Shown here: piece by piece, positions 1 through 10,713 of the stretch
How the letters are laid out: each line of letters starts with the position of its first letter
Position numbering within the stretch: the first letter of the stretch is position 1
Source: Candidatus Calescibacterium sp.
Lineage (GTDB): Bacteria; DRYD01
DNA: 64,000 nucleotides
Assembly (NCBI GenBank): GCA_025059235.1
Contig: JANXCV010000003.1
Span: 131,509-195,508 of the forward strand
Direction: 5' to 3'
Translations under genes and position numbers: made by a program
The notes under the pieces: model-generated
Databases searched by the model: none
The model's input: the letters and a program-made list of their open reading frames with translations, nothing else
Told to the model about the DNA's origin: nothing

Positions 1-962
1 ACGAAATTTGGGGAGTCTAGGACGAATACAGTTCCTGTTCGGGCATATCTGGTAGGTATGATACAATCAAAAGTATCCATTCCGTGTTCTATTGCTACAA
101 ATATTTCGGGGATACTGCCTATTCCGAGTAGGTGACGAGGTTTGTCTTGGGGTAAGTAATCAACAATCCAGGACAAAATTTCTGCTATGTTTTCTTTTGA
201 AGTCCCTAACGAACCACCCACGGCAATACCATCAAAATCAAGAGAACATATAAATTCTGTGGATTTCATCCTTAGGTCATAGTAATGTCCTCCTTGGATT
301 ATGCCATATAGATATTGATTGGGTATATTATTCTCTTTGAAGAAGTTATAGCATTTTAAAGCCCATCTACATGATCTTTCCATTGAATTTTTGCAGTATT
401 CATAGGAAGCTAGGGGGGAGGTACATTCATCTAGAACCATCATTATATCTGAGCCTAGCTTTTGCTGAATTTGTATGGACATTTCGGGGGTTAGCTTGAT
501 TATTCTCCCATCTATGTGACTTTTAAATACTATATAGTCATCTGTGATTTCTGCTAATTTTTGCTGGTCTTTATTTCTCCTTTTGCCTTCCTTTGAAAAT
601 ACGCTTGCTATTTTGCCTACTCCGTCTATTATTGCTTGCCCAAGACTGAAAGCTTGGAATCCTCCACTATCTGTAAATATCACTCCCTCATAATTCATGA
701 ATTTGTGTAATCCTCCTAATTCGGATACCACTTCTTCTCCAGGAGACAAATGCATATGATAAGTATTTACAAATATTCCGTTTATTCCTAGATTTTTTAC
801 ACTGATACTATCCAGGGCTCTTATTGAGGCGTTTGTTGCTACGGGAATAAAAGCCGGGGTTTCTAAACTTTGCCCTAACCAGTTCCTTATTATCCCTAAT
901 CTTATTCTATCTTCACTATGTAACAACTCAAAAAAAGTATTATTTTTTTGAATATTGTTCAT
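1..962 (-). CDS. tgt: queuine tRNA-ribosyltransferase (tRNA-guanine transglycosylase); the C-terminus runs off the window start
   Basis: This is my own reverse-strand translation; the ORF is absent from the ORF track because it is open at the window edge. It reads MNNIQKNNTFFELLHSEDRIRLGIIRNW..ETPAFIPVAT..LGGLHKFMNYEGVIFTDSGGFQAFSL..MMVLDEC..GIIQGGHYYDLR..FDGIAVGGSLG..PRHLLGIGSIPEIF..GMDTFDCIIPTRYARTGTVF. These are the hallmark Tgt blocks. The ATG at 962 (alternative at 974) overlaps the stop of the upstream gene. Confidence 0.85.
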   Translation of the reverse strand, partial: MNNIQKNNTFFELLHSEDRIRLGIIRNWLGQSLETPAFIPVATNASIRALDSISVKNLGINGIFVNTYHMHLSPGEEVVSELGGLHKFMNYEGVIFTDSGGFQAFSLGQAIIDGVGKIASVFSKEGKRRNKDQQKLAEITDDYIVFKSHIDGRIIKLTPEMSIQIQQKLGSDIMMVLDECTSPLASYEYCKNSMERSCRWALKCYNFFKENNIPNQYLYGIIQGGHYYDLRMKSTEFICSLDFDGIAVGGSLGTSKENIAEILSWIVDYLPQDKPRHLLGIGSIPEIFVAIEHGMDTFDCIIPTRYARTGTVFVLDSPNF

Positions 963-3420
963 ATAGCTTTGCATATTTTTGAGCTAGATTTTTATAACCT
1001 TTGACAGTATATATTTGTGCTAGAATGGCATAGTTGTTTATCTTTACTAGCTTTAGTTTTTCTCTATCTTCAGCCGGTAGTTTATCTATAACCGGAAAAT
1101 AAAAGATAGATCTTGCCAATTTTAGAGAGGTCGAGTAATCTCTTAAATACATCAGGCAAGCCGTGTAGTAATACAAATTAACAAAATCTCGAGTATATAT
1201 GTCTTGTAGTATAATTCTAGCTTTTTTGAAGTTATCTATTGATTTTTGATAGTCAATACTGTAAAATTTTTTTGCTGTTATGTAGTAAGACAAGTAACCT
1301 AATACATAGAAATTTTCTTCGTTTGTCACTATTTTGTATTTAATTAGAGGATCATAGAGATATTGAGTTAATTTTTGACAATATTCAAAACTTTTCGATT
1401 CTTGACACTTTATGAAATCTTCTATTAAGTATTTAATATACGCTTCAGCTATCACATCTCCAAACGTAGTGTATCTTATATCCATTAGATTCTTATATTC
1501 TGAAGGGGGATATATGACAAGAAAGATATTTTTATACAAACTTTTATAGTTCTTTGATCCTATATATTCATAGCTTTTAGCAAGTAACAGGTAAAGGTCT
1601 GGATAATTTTTACTATCGTATTTAAAGGATTCCAGGATTATACTTCTTTGATACTTTGATAACTCCAGTATCTTCTTTCTGACCTGATTTGTTATCAGAC
1701 TATCCTTTATAGAAACTAAACTTTCTATCTTGTCGTTATATAGAAAAGCCAGCGAAAGGTAGGCATTCATATTGTATCTACATAGCTCTATTGCTTTCTT
1801 GTTATACTTTATAGCCTCTTCAAATTCCAAATTTACTCTGTACAATTCTGCAAGAGTTACATATTTTGATGAAGAAGGCAAAGAATTCTTTATGACTGAC
1901 ACATACGTTTTATAATCACCAGTTTTTTCTACTTGTTTGTCTATGCTGTAAGCTTTTGCTTCACTAATTCCGTAATGTATTCCAAACAGGGATAAAATTG
2001 TAAATACTAAACCCCATACAAACTTGATAATTTTCAAATCCTTTAAATTATTTTTCTTAAACCAATCTATAAGGGCAATACTAACGCTAAAATTTATAAG
2101 GAATATAATCAATATGTAAGCAAATTTAAAGTCAACATCAAAAGCAATATGGATTAAGGCCTGGATTAATCCTATATTTATGCCGGATAATAGGATATAT
2201 ATTCCTAGTTTTGAAAGATTTTCCCTGAAATTGTTGTCTTCTTCAAAGATATTCTGTGTTTTTCTATATGTATCTGATTTTAATAAATCCAAATCTACTT
2301 TTTTGTATAAGAATGCGGAATTATATATCATATATGCAACCATAGCTAGGAAGAAGAAAAGACCTAGATATCCTACTTCTGACATCAATTTAAGGTAATA
2401 GTTATGGGGGTCCTTAGAATAATAGTAAAAAGCAGCTTGGTAAACCGGATAGAGTTTGGAAAAGTTGTATAATCCACATCCAAATGGGAATTCTTTTGCT
2501 ATTTTTACACTTGCTTCCCAAAAGTCTACTCTTGCAATTACTGTGTTTGTTAAACTAAATATGACACTTTTTATTGAACTTATTAGCGACGAAGCAAATT
2601 TCTTATCCAGAATAAGCTGTAGAATTAGTAAAAATAAACTAAAAGCAATTGAAATAACAAAAGTAATCTTTGCTTTTTTATCTATTTTGAATTCCATATT
2701 TTTTAAGGCTTTGAGCAAACCAAAGTAAAGGGGAAGACTTACAACAAAGGATAAAAAGGAAGCTTTGGAAGCACTGAAAATTAAAGCAAATATTCCAAAA
2801 ATAAAAGATACAAAAAATAAAATGGACTTATAGTATTCCCTATATATCAGGGATAATACAAAAAGGGAAAAGGATATCGGCATAAGTAACAATATAAATC
2901 CACCATAGGCATTTTTTTGATAGAAAAGTGACATCCAGGGTGAACCACGAGGTAAACCCATAGAAACTATAACTGAAATCAAAATACTCAGTATAAAAAC
3001 AATTAGGATTAATAAACTGTAGTTATAAACGAACTCTTCCTTATCTTTTTGGTTTAAGACGAAATTGTATGTGTAAACAGATAGGCTAAACGTTAGGATA
3101 TATATCCAGAATTCTCTTAGGCTCTCATATTTATCTACAGAAAAAAAGAAGGTAGAGATGAATACTATAATTGCAAAGAGGAAAAAGAAAAACAGTCCTG
3201 GTCCGAAATAAAAGGGATTCCTATTCAGAAAACTTAAGATGATCGCAATAATATTTGTAGCTGAAAGAATAATTATATAGATGTATTGTTCTCCGGGGTG
3301 TAGTCCGCCTGCAAAAAAGAAGTTAGCTAGGAATTGTTTCCCCGATAATCCCCATAAACTATCCAAAATCCAAAAAATAACCCCTATGTTTACAAGGACT
3401 ACTATAGGGAACAAGTTCAT
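940..3420 (-). CDS. polytopic membrane protein with an O-antigen ligase/polymerase (Wzy_C)-like core and a C-terminal TPR-like repeat region
   Basis: The 826 aa ORF has more than 10 hydrophobic helices in its N-terminal 480 aa. A PHNYYLKLMSEVGYLGLFFFL block resembles the Wzy_C/O-antigen-ligase signature. The C-terminal ~340 aa is rich in Y/L/A helical repeats (AIKYNKKAIEL, LLAKSYEYIG, ILAQIYTVKGY). Confidence 0.6.
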   Translation of the reverse strand: MNLFPIVVLVNIGVIFWILDSLWGLSGKQFLANFFFAGGLHPGEQYIYIIILSATNIIAIILSFLNRNPFYFGPGLFFFFLFAIIVFISTFFFSVDKYESLREFWIYILTFSLSVYTYNFVLNQKDKEEFVYNYSLLILIVFILSILISVIVSMGLPRGSPWMSLFYQKNAYGGFILLLMPISFSLFVLSLIYREYYKSILFFVSFIFGIFALIFSASKASFLSFVVSLPLYFGLLKALKNMEFKIDKKAKITFVISIAFSLFLLILQLILDKKFASSLISSIKSVIFSLTNTVIARVDFWEASVKIAKEFPFGCGLYNFSKLYPVYQAAFYYYSKDPHNYYLKLMSEVGYLGLFFFLAMVAYMIYNSAFLYKKVDLDLLKSDTYRKTQNIFEEDNNFRENLSKLGIYILLSGINIGLIQALIHIAFDVDFKFAYILIIFLINFSVSIALIDWFKKNNLKDLKIIKFVWGLVFTILSLFGIHYGISEAKAYSIDKQVEKTGDYKTYVSVIKNSLPSSSKYVTLAELYRVNLEFEEAIKYNKKAIELCRYNMNAYLSLAFLYNDKIESLVSIKDSLITNQVRKKILELSKYQRSIILESFKYDSKNYPDLYLLLAKSYEYIGSKNYKSLYKNIFLVIYPPSEYKNLMDIRYTTFGDVIAEAYIKYLIEDFIKCQESKSFEYCQKLTQYLYDPLIKYKIVTNEENFYVLGYLSYYITAKKFYSIDYQKSIDNFKKARIILQDIYTRDFVNLYYYTACLMYLRDYSTSLKLARSIFYFPVIDKLPAEDREKLKLVKINNYAILAQIYTVKGYKNLAQKYAKLYEQYSKK

Positions 3421-3423
3421 GAC

Positions 3424-3579
3424 CTATGCATTTTCTTTTATAATCCTATCTGCTTCTTTGATTAGATTTTTTATGTTTTTTATTTCTTCTTCTTCTTGGA
3501 ACAGTGATATTACTACTCCTATGACGATTATTATAAATCCAGCTAGTATTAACGATCTGCCTATTTTTTCTTTACTCAT
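3424..3579 (-). CDS. 51-aa single-pass membrane microprotein (hypothetical)
   Basis: This ORF is below the ORF-track size cut-off and I translated it by hand: MSKEKIGRSLILAGFIIIVIGVVISLFQEEEEIKNIKNLIKEADRIIKENA*. A strong SD (AGGTGGTG) lies 5 nt upstream of the ATG. It sits 12 nt after the kamA stop and 3 nt before the next gene's start, which looks like translational coupling. Confidence 0.45.
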   Translation of the reverse strand: MSKEKIGRSLILAGFIIIVIGVVISLFQEEEEIKNIKNLIKEADRIIKENA

Positions 3580-3591
3580 TTTATACACCAC

Positions 3592-4908
3592 CTATGAACA
3601 GCAACTTCTTTGGTTCATTAAATCTTTATCTTCTTGTTGTAGTATTTGTTTGGATTTTCTTCTTCTATCTCTTTTGCTTTCTGAATCGATTGTAAGTTTT
3701 GATCTGTTACCTTCCCATAATAGTTTTGCTACACCGTCTAATTGGTCTTTCATTTCTTGGCAATACTTGCAGGTATCTGGGTTATGGGGTGAGTCTGCGT
3801 GTTTGGGTTCAGGGTACAAGAATATCTTGCCTTCATAATTCCTTAGTATAACTCTGTCGGAAGACATTGAGATCACGTAGTTAGGCATGACTGGGATTTT
3901 ACCCCCGCCTCCTGGTGCATCCACTACAAAATATGGGTTTGCCAGGCCAGAAGTATGACCCCTTAAAAATTCCATAATTTCTATACCCTTAGCTACTCGA
4001 GTTCTAAAGTGTTCTAATCCTTCTGTTAAGTCACACTGATAAATGTAGTAAGGTCTGCATCTGTTTTTCAATAGTAGCTGAAACAATTTTTTCATTACAA
4101 AAGGACAATCGTTTACTCCTCTTAGTAAAACTGTTTGGTTGCCCAATACTACTCCAGCATCTGCTAACATATTCAAAGCTCTCTCAGAATACTTCGTTAT
4201 TTCTTTAGGATGGTTAAAATGAGTGTTGAGGTATATCGGATGATACTTTTTTATTATTGACACTAATTGGGGGGTAATTCTCATCGGGTTTGTTACTGGC
4301 ATTCTTGTTCCCAGCCTTATTATTTCCACATGGGGAATGCTTCTAAGTTCATAGAGTAATTTATCTATTTTTTCATCGCTCAGTGATAGTGAATCTCCTC
4401 CGGATATTACTATATCTCTAATTTCCTTGGTTTTTCTTATATATTCTATCCCCATTTCTATTTGGCTCCAGGGTGTTGGTCTGTAGCTAACCATTCTACT
4501 TCTGGTACAATGTCTGCAATAAACAGAACATCTATCTGTTACTAAAAATAGAACTCTATCTGGATATCTATGGACTATTCCTGGTACGGGCATATCGATG
4601 TCTTCTGCCAATGGATCCTCAAGATCAAAAGGACTTTTTTCTAGTTCGTGAATAGAAGGGACTGCTTGTAACCTGATGGGATCTTTCGGATCATCTGGAT
4701 CCATTAACAGAGCATAATATGGAGTTATTCCAAGGGTAAATATTTCTCCTACTCCTTCTTTTATTGCTCTTTCCTCTGTTTCTGTTAGGTTAATAACTTT
4801 TTTGAGTTTTTCAAGTGTTGTTATTCTGTTTTGTGTTTGCCAACGAAAATCCTCAAACTGTTCTTCTTTTACGTCTTTCCATAATTCTACTTCTTTCCAA
4901 CTTCTCAT
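3592..4908 (-). CDS. kamA: lysine 2,3-aminomutase (radical SAM, KamA family)
   Basis: The radical-SAM cluster motif [10 protein letters not shown] is present. KamA-family blocks are also present: [44 protein letters not shown]. At 438 aa it is full-length and carries an extra basic C-terminal tail. Confidence 0.9.
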   Translation of the reverse strand: MRSWKEVELWKDVKEEQFEDFRWQTQNRITTLEKLKKVINLTETEERAIKEGVGEIFTLGITPYYALLMDPDDPKDPIRLQAVPSIHELEKSPFDLEDPLAEDIDMPVPGIVHRYPDRVLFLVTDRCSVYCRHCTRSRMVSYRPTPWSQIEMGIEYIRKTKEIRDIVISGGDSLSLSDEKIDKLLYELRSIPHVEIIRLGTRMPVTNPMRITPQLVSIIKKYHPIYLNTHFNHPKEITKYSERALNMLADAGVVLGNQTVLLRGVNDCPFVMKKLFQLLLKNRCRPYYIYQCDLTEGLEHFRTRVAKGIEIMEFLRGHTSGLANPYFVVDAPGGGGKIPVMPNYVISMSSDRVILRNYEGKIFLYPEPKHADSPHNPDTCKYCQEMKDQLDGVAKLLWEGNRSKLTIDSESKRDRRRKSKQILQQEDKDLMNQRSCCS

Positions 4909-6419
4909 GATTCTACCTCCCCTAGTAAATTCTGCAATATTTCTACACTCTCTAAATTCAATAGTTGGTTATACACACTTTCTGTTGGAAATTCTTTTTT
5001 CAGAATCTTTTGTATAATTGACATATTTATTAGTACTATATCGAATAGATAGCCGTTGGGTGTATTTATGGAGTTTTCTAGGATTTTTAGTGATTTTTCT
5101 ATTTCTCCTGTTAGGAACAGAGTAGTGGCGAAGAATATTCTTGCTTCGGTAAAAGAGTTATCTGTAACAACTGTACCCCTAAAATAGTTATTAGCAATGT
5201 TAAAGTCTCTGTTCACGAAATTATATAAACCGTTTATAAACCAGAAGAACGGGTTATTTGGTTCTGACTCTACTAAGTCTTTTAGTCCAGCAAAATTCAA
5301 TCCTAAACCTATATCTTCAAGAATTAATTTTGAAATACCTATCTCTAGTAACTTGACATACCTGATGAAATTCGAAATTGTTTTATTCATCGGTAAAAAT
5401 TCCAAACTGGAAACAAAATCTTTATACAAACTTTTATCAATGCTGTGTAATACTATCTTATACAAAATATTGTCATTATCTAATTTCACGCACTGATTTA
5501 TTACATCTAGATGATTTTCGACACTTGAAAGGTTTTTTCCCATATACTGAAGGATGGTGTTTAGTTCGTTTTTTAAAACGTTATACAGTTCTTGTCTATA
5601 AATTGATATGGTTACCAGTATATACAGGATATATGCCTTTATGATATTCGGATTCGAAAATTCGTTTATGATTTTTACTATATTATCCATGTTCTCAACT
5701 ACTGTCATTATGTTTTCTAGTACAATGTAGCTGTCGTAAACATAGAAGAATAGAAACATATACATCATAAAAGTGTAGAGACTGAAATCATTGTTCATTT
5801 TGATTAAAAACTCAAAGATTTTTTCAAAAGTATCATATTTTTTGAAATAAAGAGAGACTATCATTAAATCGAATAGGAAAAATAAATCTACGTATTGGAA
5901 TTCTATGTCTTCAAGCGGATCGTCTATAGTTTTACCGAATAAGGTTTCAAAAGCTTTCAAAAAAGAATCGTAAGATTTATCGAGATTTTGAAGATAGAAG
6001 TTTATTAGTCCAGATATGTAAAATAGTTCAAATTCGCTAAACTTATCAACATTTTCTTCAAAGAATCCAACTGCATTGAAAATATCTTTGTTTACTATGA
6101 AATCGAGAAAGTTTCGAAAATACGTAGAAAAATTATCATCCAGTAATTCTTGTATCTGATCGTCTAGTTTGATACTTGAAGAGTCAAACGATATATCCAG
6201 GTATTTTGAATTTATTGCCTCAAACAGTTTACTTATGAAAATAAAAGATACAGAGGGATTCACTGTAAAGACTGGTAAGTACCTTTTTATTTCAGTGGGT
6301 AGTAGAAGTTTGGATTTAGGAATGGTTATTTTTAACCTACAGGCTTTACATTTACATTTATCGCTATGTTTTACCTGAGTATCAAGCGTTATTACTTTCT
6401 TGTTCGATATTTCTAGCAT
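4905..6419 (-). CDS. hypothetical protein, helical/TPR-like, with an N-terminal CxCxxC
   Basis: The 504 aa ORF overlaps the kamA start by 4 nt (ATGA). The N-terminus has KCKCKAC. The C-terminus has TPR-like segments ([46 protein letters not shown]). I recognise no family. Confidence 0.55.
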   Translation of the reverse strand: MLEISNKKVITLDTQVKHSDKCKCKACRLKITIPKSKLLLPTEIKRYLPVFTVNPSVSFIFISKLFEAINSKYLDISFDSSSIKLDDQIQELLDDNFSTYFRNFLDFIVNKDIFNAVGFFEENVDKFSEFELFYISGLINFYLQNLDKSYDSFLKAFETLFGKTIDDPLEDIEFQYVDLFFLFDLMIVSLYFKKYDTFEKIFEFLIKMNNDFSLYTFMMYMFLFFYVYDSYIVLENIMTVVENMDNIVKIINEFSNPNIIKAYILYILVTISIYRQELYNVLKNELNTILQYMGKNLSSVENHLDVINQCVKLDNDNILYKIVLHSIDKSLYKDFVSSLEFLPMNKTISNFIRYVKLLEIGISKLILEDIGLGLNFAGLKDLVESEPNNPFFWFINGLYNFVNRDFNIANNYFRGTVVTDNSFTEARIFFATTLFLTGEIEKSLKILENSINTPNGYLFDIVLINMSIIQKILKKEFPTESVYNQLLNLESVEILQNLLGEVES

Positions 6420-6441
6420 GCCATTACTAAAGATCTCAATA

Positions 6442-7830
6442 TCATATTATATAAATGCTACTTTTATCCTCTATTTCAATTAGATCTTTTAATTTATCGT
6501 ATACGAAGAGGCGATCGATTATTACTTTTTGGTTTTTGTATTCTTCAATGTTAAACGACAGATCTTCTACTACCTTTTCTATTATTGCATGTAATCTTCT
6601 TGCTCCTATGTTTTCTGTAGTGTTATTGAGGTTTTCGGCTATTTCGGCTATTGCTAAAATCGCATCATCTGTAAATTCGACAAATATATTTTCTACTTCT
6701 AATAGTAGCTTATATTGTTTTACTAAACTATTTTCAGAGTTTTTTAGGATTTTGTAGAAGTCATGTTTATTGAGATTTTTTAGCTTTACTCTTATGGGGA
6801 ATCTTCCTTGTAGTTCTGGGATAAGATCTGTGGGTTTGGATATATGAAAAGCTCCTGCTGCTATGAACAATATATGGTCTGTTTTTACGGCACCATATTT
6901 AGTCAGTACCACTGTTCCTTCTATTATGGGCAGTAGATCTCTTTGTACACCTTCTCGTGATACATCTGGCCCTCTGGTTTCTCCACGGGAAGCTATCTTA
7001 TCTATCTCGTCGATAAAAATAATACCTAGATTTTCTGCTCTCCAAATGGCTTCCTTCTTTACTTCTTCGTAGTCAATCAATTTCTTGGCTTCTTCTACTT
7101 TCAGAAGTTCTATTGCTTCCTTTATTTTCACTTTCTTTTTCTTTGTTCTTTTGGGATATAGGGATGAAAATAATTCGTTTATATCGATTCCGTATTGATC
7201 GAAGGTTATATTGGTTCCTGGGACGAAGTAGGCTTCTATTAAGGGTTTCGCTTCTATATCTATTTCGATATATTCTTCATCCATCAATCCTTTCTCTATT
7301 TTTTGTATTAGTTCTAATCTTTGGTTGTCTATGTCTCTTTTTACTTCTTCGGGAATACTGGGGGTGAAGATAGAGAGTAATGGGTTGTTAGATGTATTCG
7401 AATTAGGGTAGGGTTTTAGTATTTCTGATATTCTTTTTATTGCTTCCTTATGTGCTTTTTTATCAACGTTTTTTATTTTCTCAGATTGAACTTCTCTGAA
7501 AGCTACTTCTGTTAGATCTCTTATCATACTTTCGACATCTCTTCCGACGTATCCTACTTCTGTATACTTGGTTGCTTCGACTTTTACGAACGGTGCTCCT
7601 ATTATCTTTGCTACTCTTCTTGCTATTTCTGTCTTACCTACTCCTGTAGGACCTATCATCAGTATATTCTTAGGTATTATTTCGTCTCTGTATTCTTCCT
7701 TTACTTTCATCCTTCTATATCGATTCCTTATTGCTATAGCAATTGACTTCTTAGCTTCTTCTTGACCTATGATGTACTTATCTAATAATTCGACTATTCT
7801 GCTTGGGACTAGATCTACCATGTGTTCCAT
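6442..7830 (-). CDS. hslU: ATP-dependent protease ATPase subunit HslU
   Basis: The N-terminus IVELLDKYIIGQEEAKKSIAIAIRNRYRR matches HslU. Walker A is MIGPTGVGKTEIARR and Walker B is GIIFIDEIDKI. There is a long intermediate I-domain and a C-terminal GARRLHAIIEKV. Confidence 0.95.
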   Translation of the reverse strand: MEHMVDLVPSRIVELLDKYIIGQEEAKKSIAIAIRNRYRRMKVKEEYRDEIIPKNILMIGPTGVGKTEIARRVAKIIGAPFVKVEATKYTEVGYVGRDVESMIRDLTEVAFREVQSEKIKNVDKKAHKEAIKRISEILKPYPNSNTSNNPLLSIFTPSIPEEVKRDIDNQRLELIQKIEKGLMDEEYIEIDIEAKPLIEAYFVPGTNITFDQYGIDINELFSSLYPKRTKKKKVKIKEAIELLKVEEAKKLIDYEEVKKEAIWRAENLGIIFIDEIDKIASRGETRGPDVSREGVQRDLLPIIEGTVVLTKYGAVKTDHILFIAAGAFHISKPTDLIPELQGRFPIRVKLKNLNKHDFYKILKNSENSLVKQYKLLLEVENIFVEFTDDAILAIAEIAENLNNTTENIGARRLHAIIEKVVEDLSFNIEEYKNQKVIIDRLFVYDKLKDLIEIEDKSSIYII

Positions 7831-9068
7831 AGCTTTTCTCCTTCAAACTCTTCTATTGTAATTTTACTTTTTAGGTGTTTCCCTAAAAATTCTTGGATTA
7901 TAAAGCTTACGTATCTGAAGGTTTTCTTTATTCCCAGGAAAAAGTCTTTTTTAAAGCCTATGAGGATTATGGGTACATCTTCGCGGGTATGATCGGTAGA
8001 GTTGTCAGTAGGATCGTTCCCATGATCAGCGGTTATTATCAGTATATCATCTTCTCTGAGGTTTTCTATAAGTCCGAACACCATCTTATCAAATTCTTCT
8101 ATAGCTTTTGTAAATCCTATATAGTCTTGTCTGTGTCCGTATACTGTATCAAAATCGACCAAGTTTGCGAATACCAGACCATCGAACTTTTCTCTTGATA
8201 ATTCTATTACTTTACTAAAAATGTTGGTATTACCTGAAACTTTGTATGATTGAGTTATTGATTTATTGGCAAATATATCTGATATTTTTCCTACAGAGAT
8301 GACTTCGAGGCCACTTTTGTATAAGCAGTCCAGGATTGTTGGGGATGGGGGAGGAACGGCTAAGTCTTTTCTTTTATCGTTTAATCTGTAGAAATTTCCG
8401 CTCTGTCCTGCAAATGGCCTTGCTATCACTCTGGCTATCCTATAACCCTTCTGATTTATCAGATCATAAGCTATTTGACAAATTTTATATAATTCATCGA
8501 TATCTATGACTTCGATATGTGCAGCAACTTGAAAGACGCTATCTGCTGAGGTATATACTATCGGTTTTCCCGTTCGTATATGTTCTTCTCCTAATTCTTT
8601 TATTATTTCTGTGCCTGATGCTGCCTTGTTTCCTATTATTTTTCTACCTATCTTTTTCTCGAATTCTTCGATTAAATCTTGAGGGAAAGAATTATATGTT
8701 TCAAAACCTTTTTCGAGAATCAATCCTGCTATTTCCCAATGTCCTGTTATTGTGTCTTTACCTAAAGATTTCTCTTCCATTATGCCATATGATGAGATTA
8801 TTTGACTATTGATGTCGAACCCGATTTCACTCAATTCTCTGTCCTGTATTTGTGGATTTTTAATCTTTAAGATTTTGTGAAGCCCTAACTTTGATAGGTT
8901 TGAGAGGTTGACCTTTAGTCCAGACTCTAGGGATTTCCTTAGAGAATTCAGGAGGGTGTTGACTGTTGGAGGATCGTTAAATTCATAGCAATCCTTACTT
9001 GCTCCTATTCCTACTCCATCAAGTATGACCAAAAAAACTCTCATACTATTATTATTTTCGCATTTCAA
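7815..9068 (-). CDS. deoB: phosphopentomutase
   Basis: Family blocks present: VILDGVGIG, TITGHWEIAG, GKPIVYTSADSVFQVAAH, ANLVDFDTVYGHR, ITADHGNDPT. The track start is TTG at 9068, with AAGGA 6 nt upstream. An ATG at 9044 is an alternative start. Confidence 0.9.
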   Translation of the reverse strand: MKCENNNSMRVFLVILDGVGIGASKDCYEFNDPPTVNTLLNSLRKSLESGLKVNLSNLSKLGLHKILKIKNPQIQDRELSEIGFDINSQIISSYGIMEEKSLGKDTITGHWEIAGLILEKGFETYNSFPQDLIEEFEKKIGRKIIGNKAASGTEIIKELGEEHIRTGKPIVYTSADSVFQVAAHIEVIDIDELYKICQIAYDLINQKGYRIARVIARPFAGQSGNFYRLNDKRKDLAVPPPSPTILDCLYKSGLEVISVGKISDIFANKSITQSYKVSGNTNIFSKVIELSREKFDGLVFANLVDFDTVYGHRQDYIGFTKAIEEFDKMVFGLIENLREDDILIITADHGNDPTDNSTDHTREDVPIILIGFKKDFFLGIKKTFRYVSFIIQEFLGKHLKSKITIEEFEGEKLWNTW

Positions 9069-9219
9069 CTTTATTCCTTTTGTTCAAATTCGTTCAAAAG
9101 GTTTTGAATTTCGTCGTAGAGAATAAAGTAAGTTAGGAAGCATATGAAAGAAGGGTTTTGTGTTTACATATACATGCTACCTAGCTGACTTCGAGAATTA
9201 ATACAGGAGGTGAATCTGA

Positions 9220-10329
9220 ATGAAAAATACCATAAAAAAATCACTATTTTTGGTTTCTACTTTTCTTTTGATTTTTTTACTGATTATTCATATTGGAAAG
9301 TTGACTTCAGTTAGTAATGAAAAACCGAAGAGTGTTATACTCATAATAGGAGATGGTATGGGATTACCGATAATAACTGCATATGACTATTATAAGAGTG
9401 AATACAAAAAACAGGGGTATAGCAATTTTTCTAAATTCGATGGTAGCTTTTTAGTAAGAACTAGAAGTCAGGACTATGTTATTACGGATAGTGCTGCCGG
9501 AGCAACCGCTTTTGCCGTAGGTAAAAGAGTTCCAAATTACCAAGTAGGAATAATCGAGAACGGAAACAGAGTACCAACAATAATGGATATAGCTAAAAAA
9601 ATGGGTAAATCCACTGGATTAGTCGTAGAATGTACCCTTACCCACGCTACACCAGCAGCCTTTTACTCCTATTCCAAATCAAGAACAGACGATGACAATA
9701 TAGCAAGACAATTCATATACTCAAACATAGACATAGCCATCGGCGGAGGATTTGAGATATTTAAACCATATATCAATCATCTTGAAAAAATGGGATATAC
9801 AATCATATACGGTGAAGAAAAACTACCTGATATAGCTAAATCCGGTAAATACTATGAAAAACTCGTATTATTCACCGCAAAAAATCATCCTCCAAGGTAT
9901 AAAGAAAGAAAAGTTCATTTAGATGTTAAAACTGAATACGCACTTTCAATGCTATCAAGAAACAAAAACGGATTTTTCCTTATGGTAGAAGCCAGCCAAA
10001 TAGATTGGTATGGACATGAAAATAAATTGCAAGAACAGCTAGATGAAATGGAGGACTTAGATAAATTACTCGATGTAGCTTTATCCTATCATCAAAGAAA
10101 TCCAAACACGTTGGTCATAGTTATTTCTGATCATGATTGCGGTGGACTAACTCTCATAGACAAAAAAGCTAAATTTTTCTCCTTAGATTTCAAAATCAAC
10201 TATAGTTCCGATTACCATACTGCCGAACATATTGTGGGATTTTACAAGGGATCGATAAAAGTTAATCCAATTATCGACAACACAGAGATATATAAAATAT
10301 TACACGAGTATATAAAGGGTATGATTTGA
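9220..10329 (+). CDS. alkaline phosphatase family protein with an N-terminal signal/anchor
   Basis: A hydrophobic N-terminus is followed by IIGDGMG, TDSAAGATAFA (Ser nucleophile context), THATPAAF, EASQIDWYGH and VISDHDCGG. SD AGGAGGTGA precedes the ATG. Confidence 0.85.
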   Translation: MKNTIKKSLFLVSTFLLIFLLIIHIGKLTSVSNEKPKSVILIIGDGMGLPIITAYDYYKSEYKKQGYSNFSKFDGSFLVRTRSQDYVITDSAAGATAFAVGKRVPNYQVGIIENGNRVPTIMDIAKKMGKSTGLVVECTLTHATPAAFYSYSKSRTDDDNIARQFIYSNIDIAIGGGFEIFKPYINHLEKMGYTIIYGEEKLPDIAKSGKYYEKLVLFTAKNHPPRYKERKVHLDVKTEYALSMLSRNKNGFFLMVEASQIDWYGHENKLQEQLDEMEDLDKLLDVALSYHQRNPNTLVIVISDHDCGGLTLIDKKAKFFSLDFKINYSSDYHTAEHIVGFYKGSIKVNPIIDNTEIYKILHEYIKGMI

Positions 10330-10690
10330 TAAAGGGTATTTGTTCGTATTCGATGGGATGGCAGTACTGCCGGTAGACTAGGTATCAAATTTTCCCCTCA
10401 AAAAATTATCGATAAATTCTTATAATAGACCGGTACTTAAAGAGACTCGAGAAGATCAATCTTCTGATCTTTGATAGACATTAGACATAACAAAAGCTGT
10501 TGAATTTTTAAAAAATTATCTAAATACGTATTCGCCTGTTTATATTATTTTAATCTAACTAGTGTTGACTTGGCAGAATTTAATCCGTTAGTTGGAGATA
10601 GGGATAGATTGGTTTCTGGTGTTTCTGAACTTCTATTTTATATTTTGATAGACTGATCATGGTAATGTGATGGAAAATATGTGGTAGGTC

Positions 10691-10713
10691 GGAGGGGAAT
10701 AGCTATCCCCTCC
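10691..10713. terminator. GC-rich hairpin (8-bp perfect stem GGAGGGGA/TCCCCTCC, 7-nt loop) between convergent genes
   Basis: Read directly from the sequence as ggagggga-atagcta-tcccctcc. On the + strand it is followed by a partly U-rich ttgttcgtaggttttc. On the - strand it lies 24 nt after the stop of 10738..11208 but has no U-tract. Confidence 0.4.

Noticed and set aside
3281-3838. 185-aa plus-strand ORF spanning the Wzy-like gene start, the microprotein and the kamA 3' end
   Set aside because: It crosses three minus-strand genes and their junctions, and its translation has no recognisable features. The minus-strand genes have motifs and SDs.
9069-9219. Pho-box-like element or operator upstream of the alkaline phosphatase gene (TTTACAtatACA; palindrome TTCAAAAggTTTTGAA)
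   Set aside because: There is only one good hexamer and no properly spaced second repeat. The palindrome is short and AT-rich, so it is indistinguishable from chance without a motif model.
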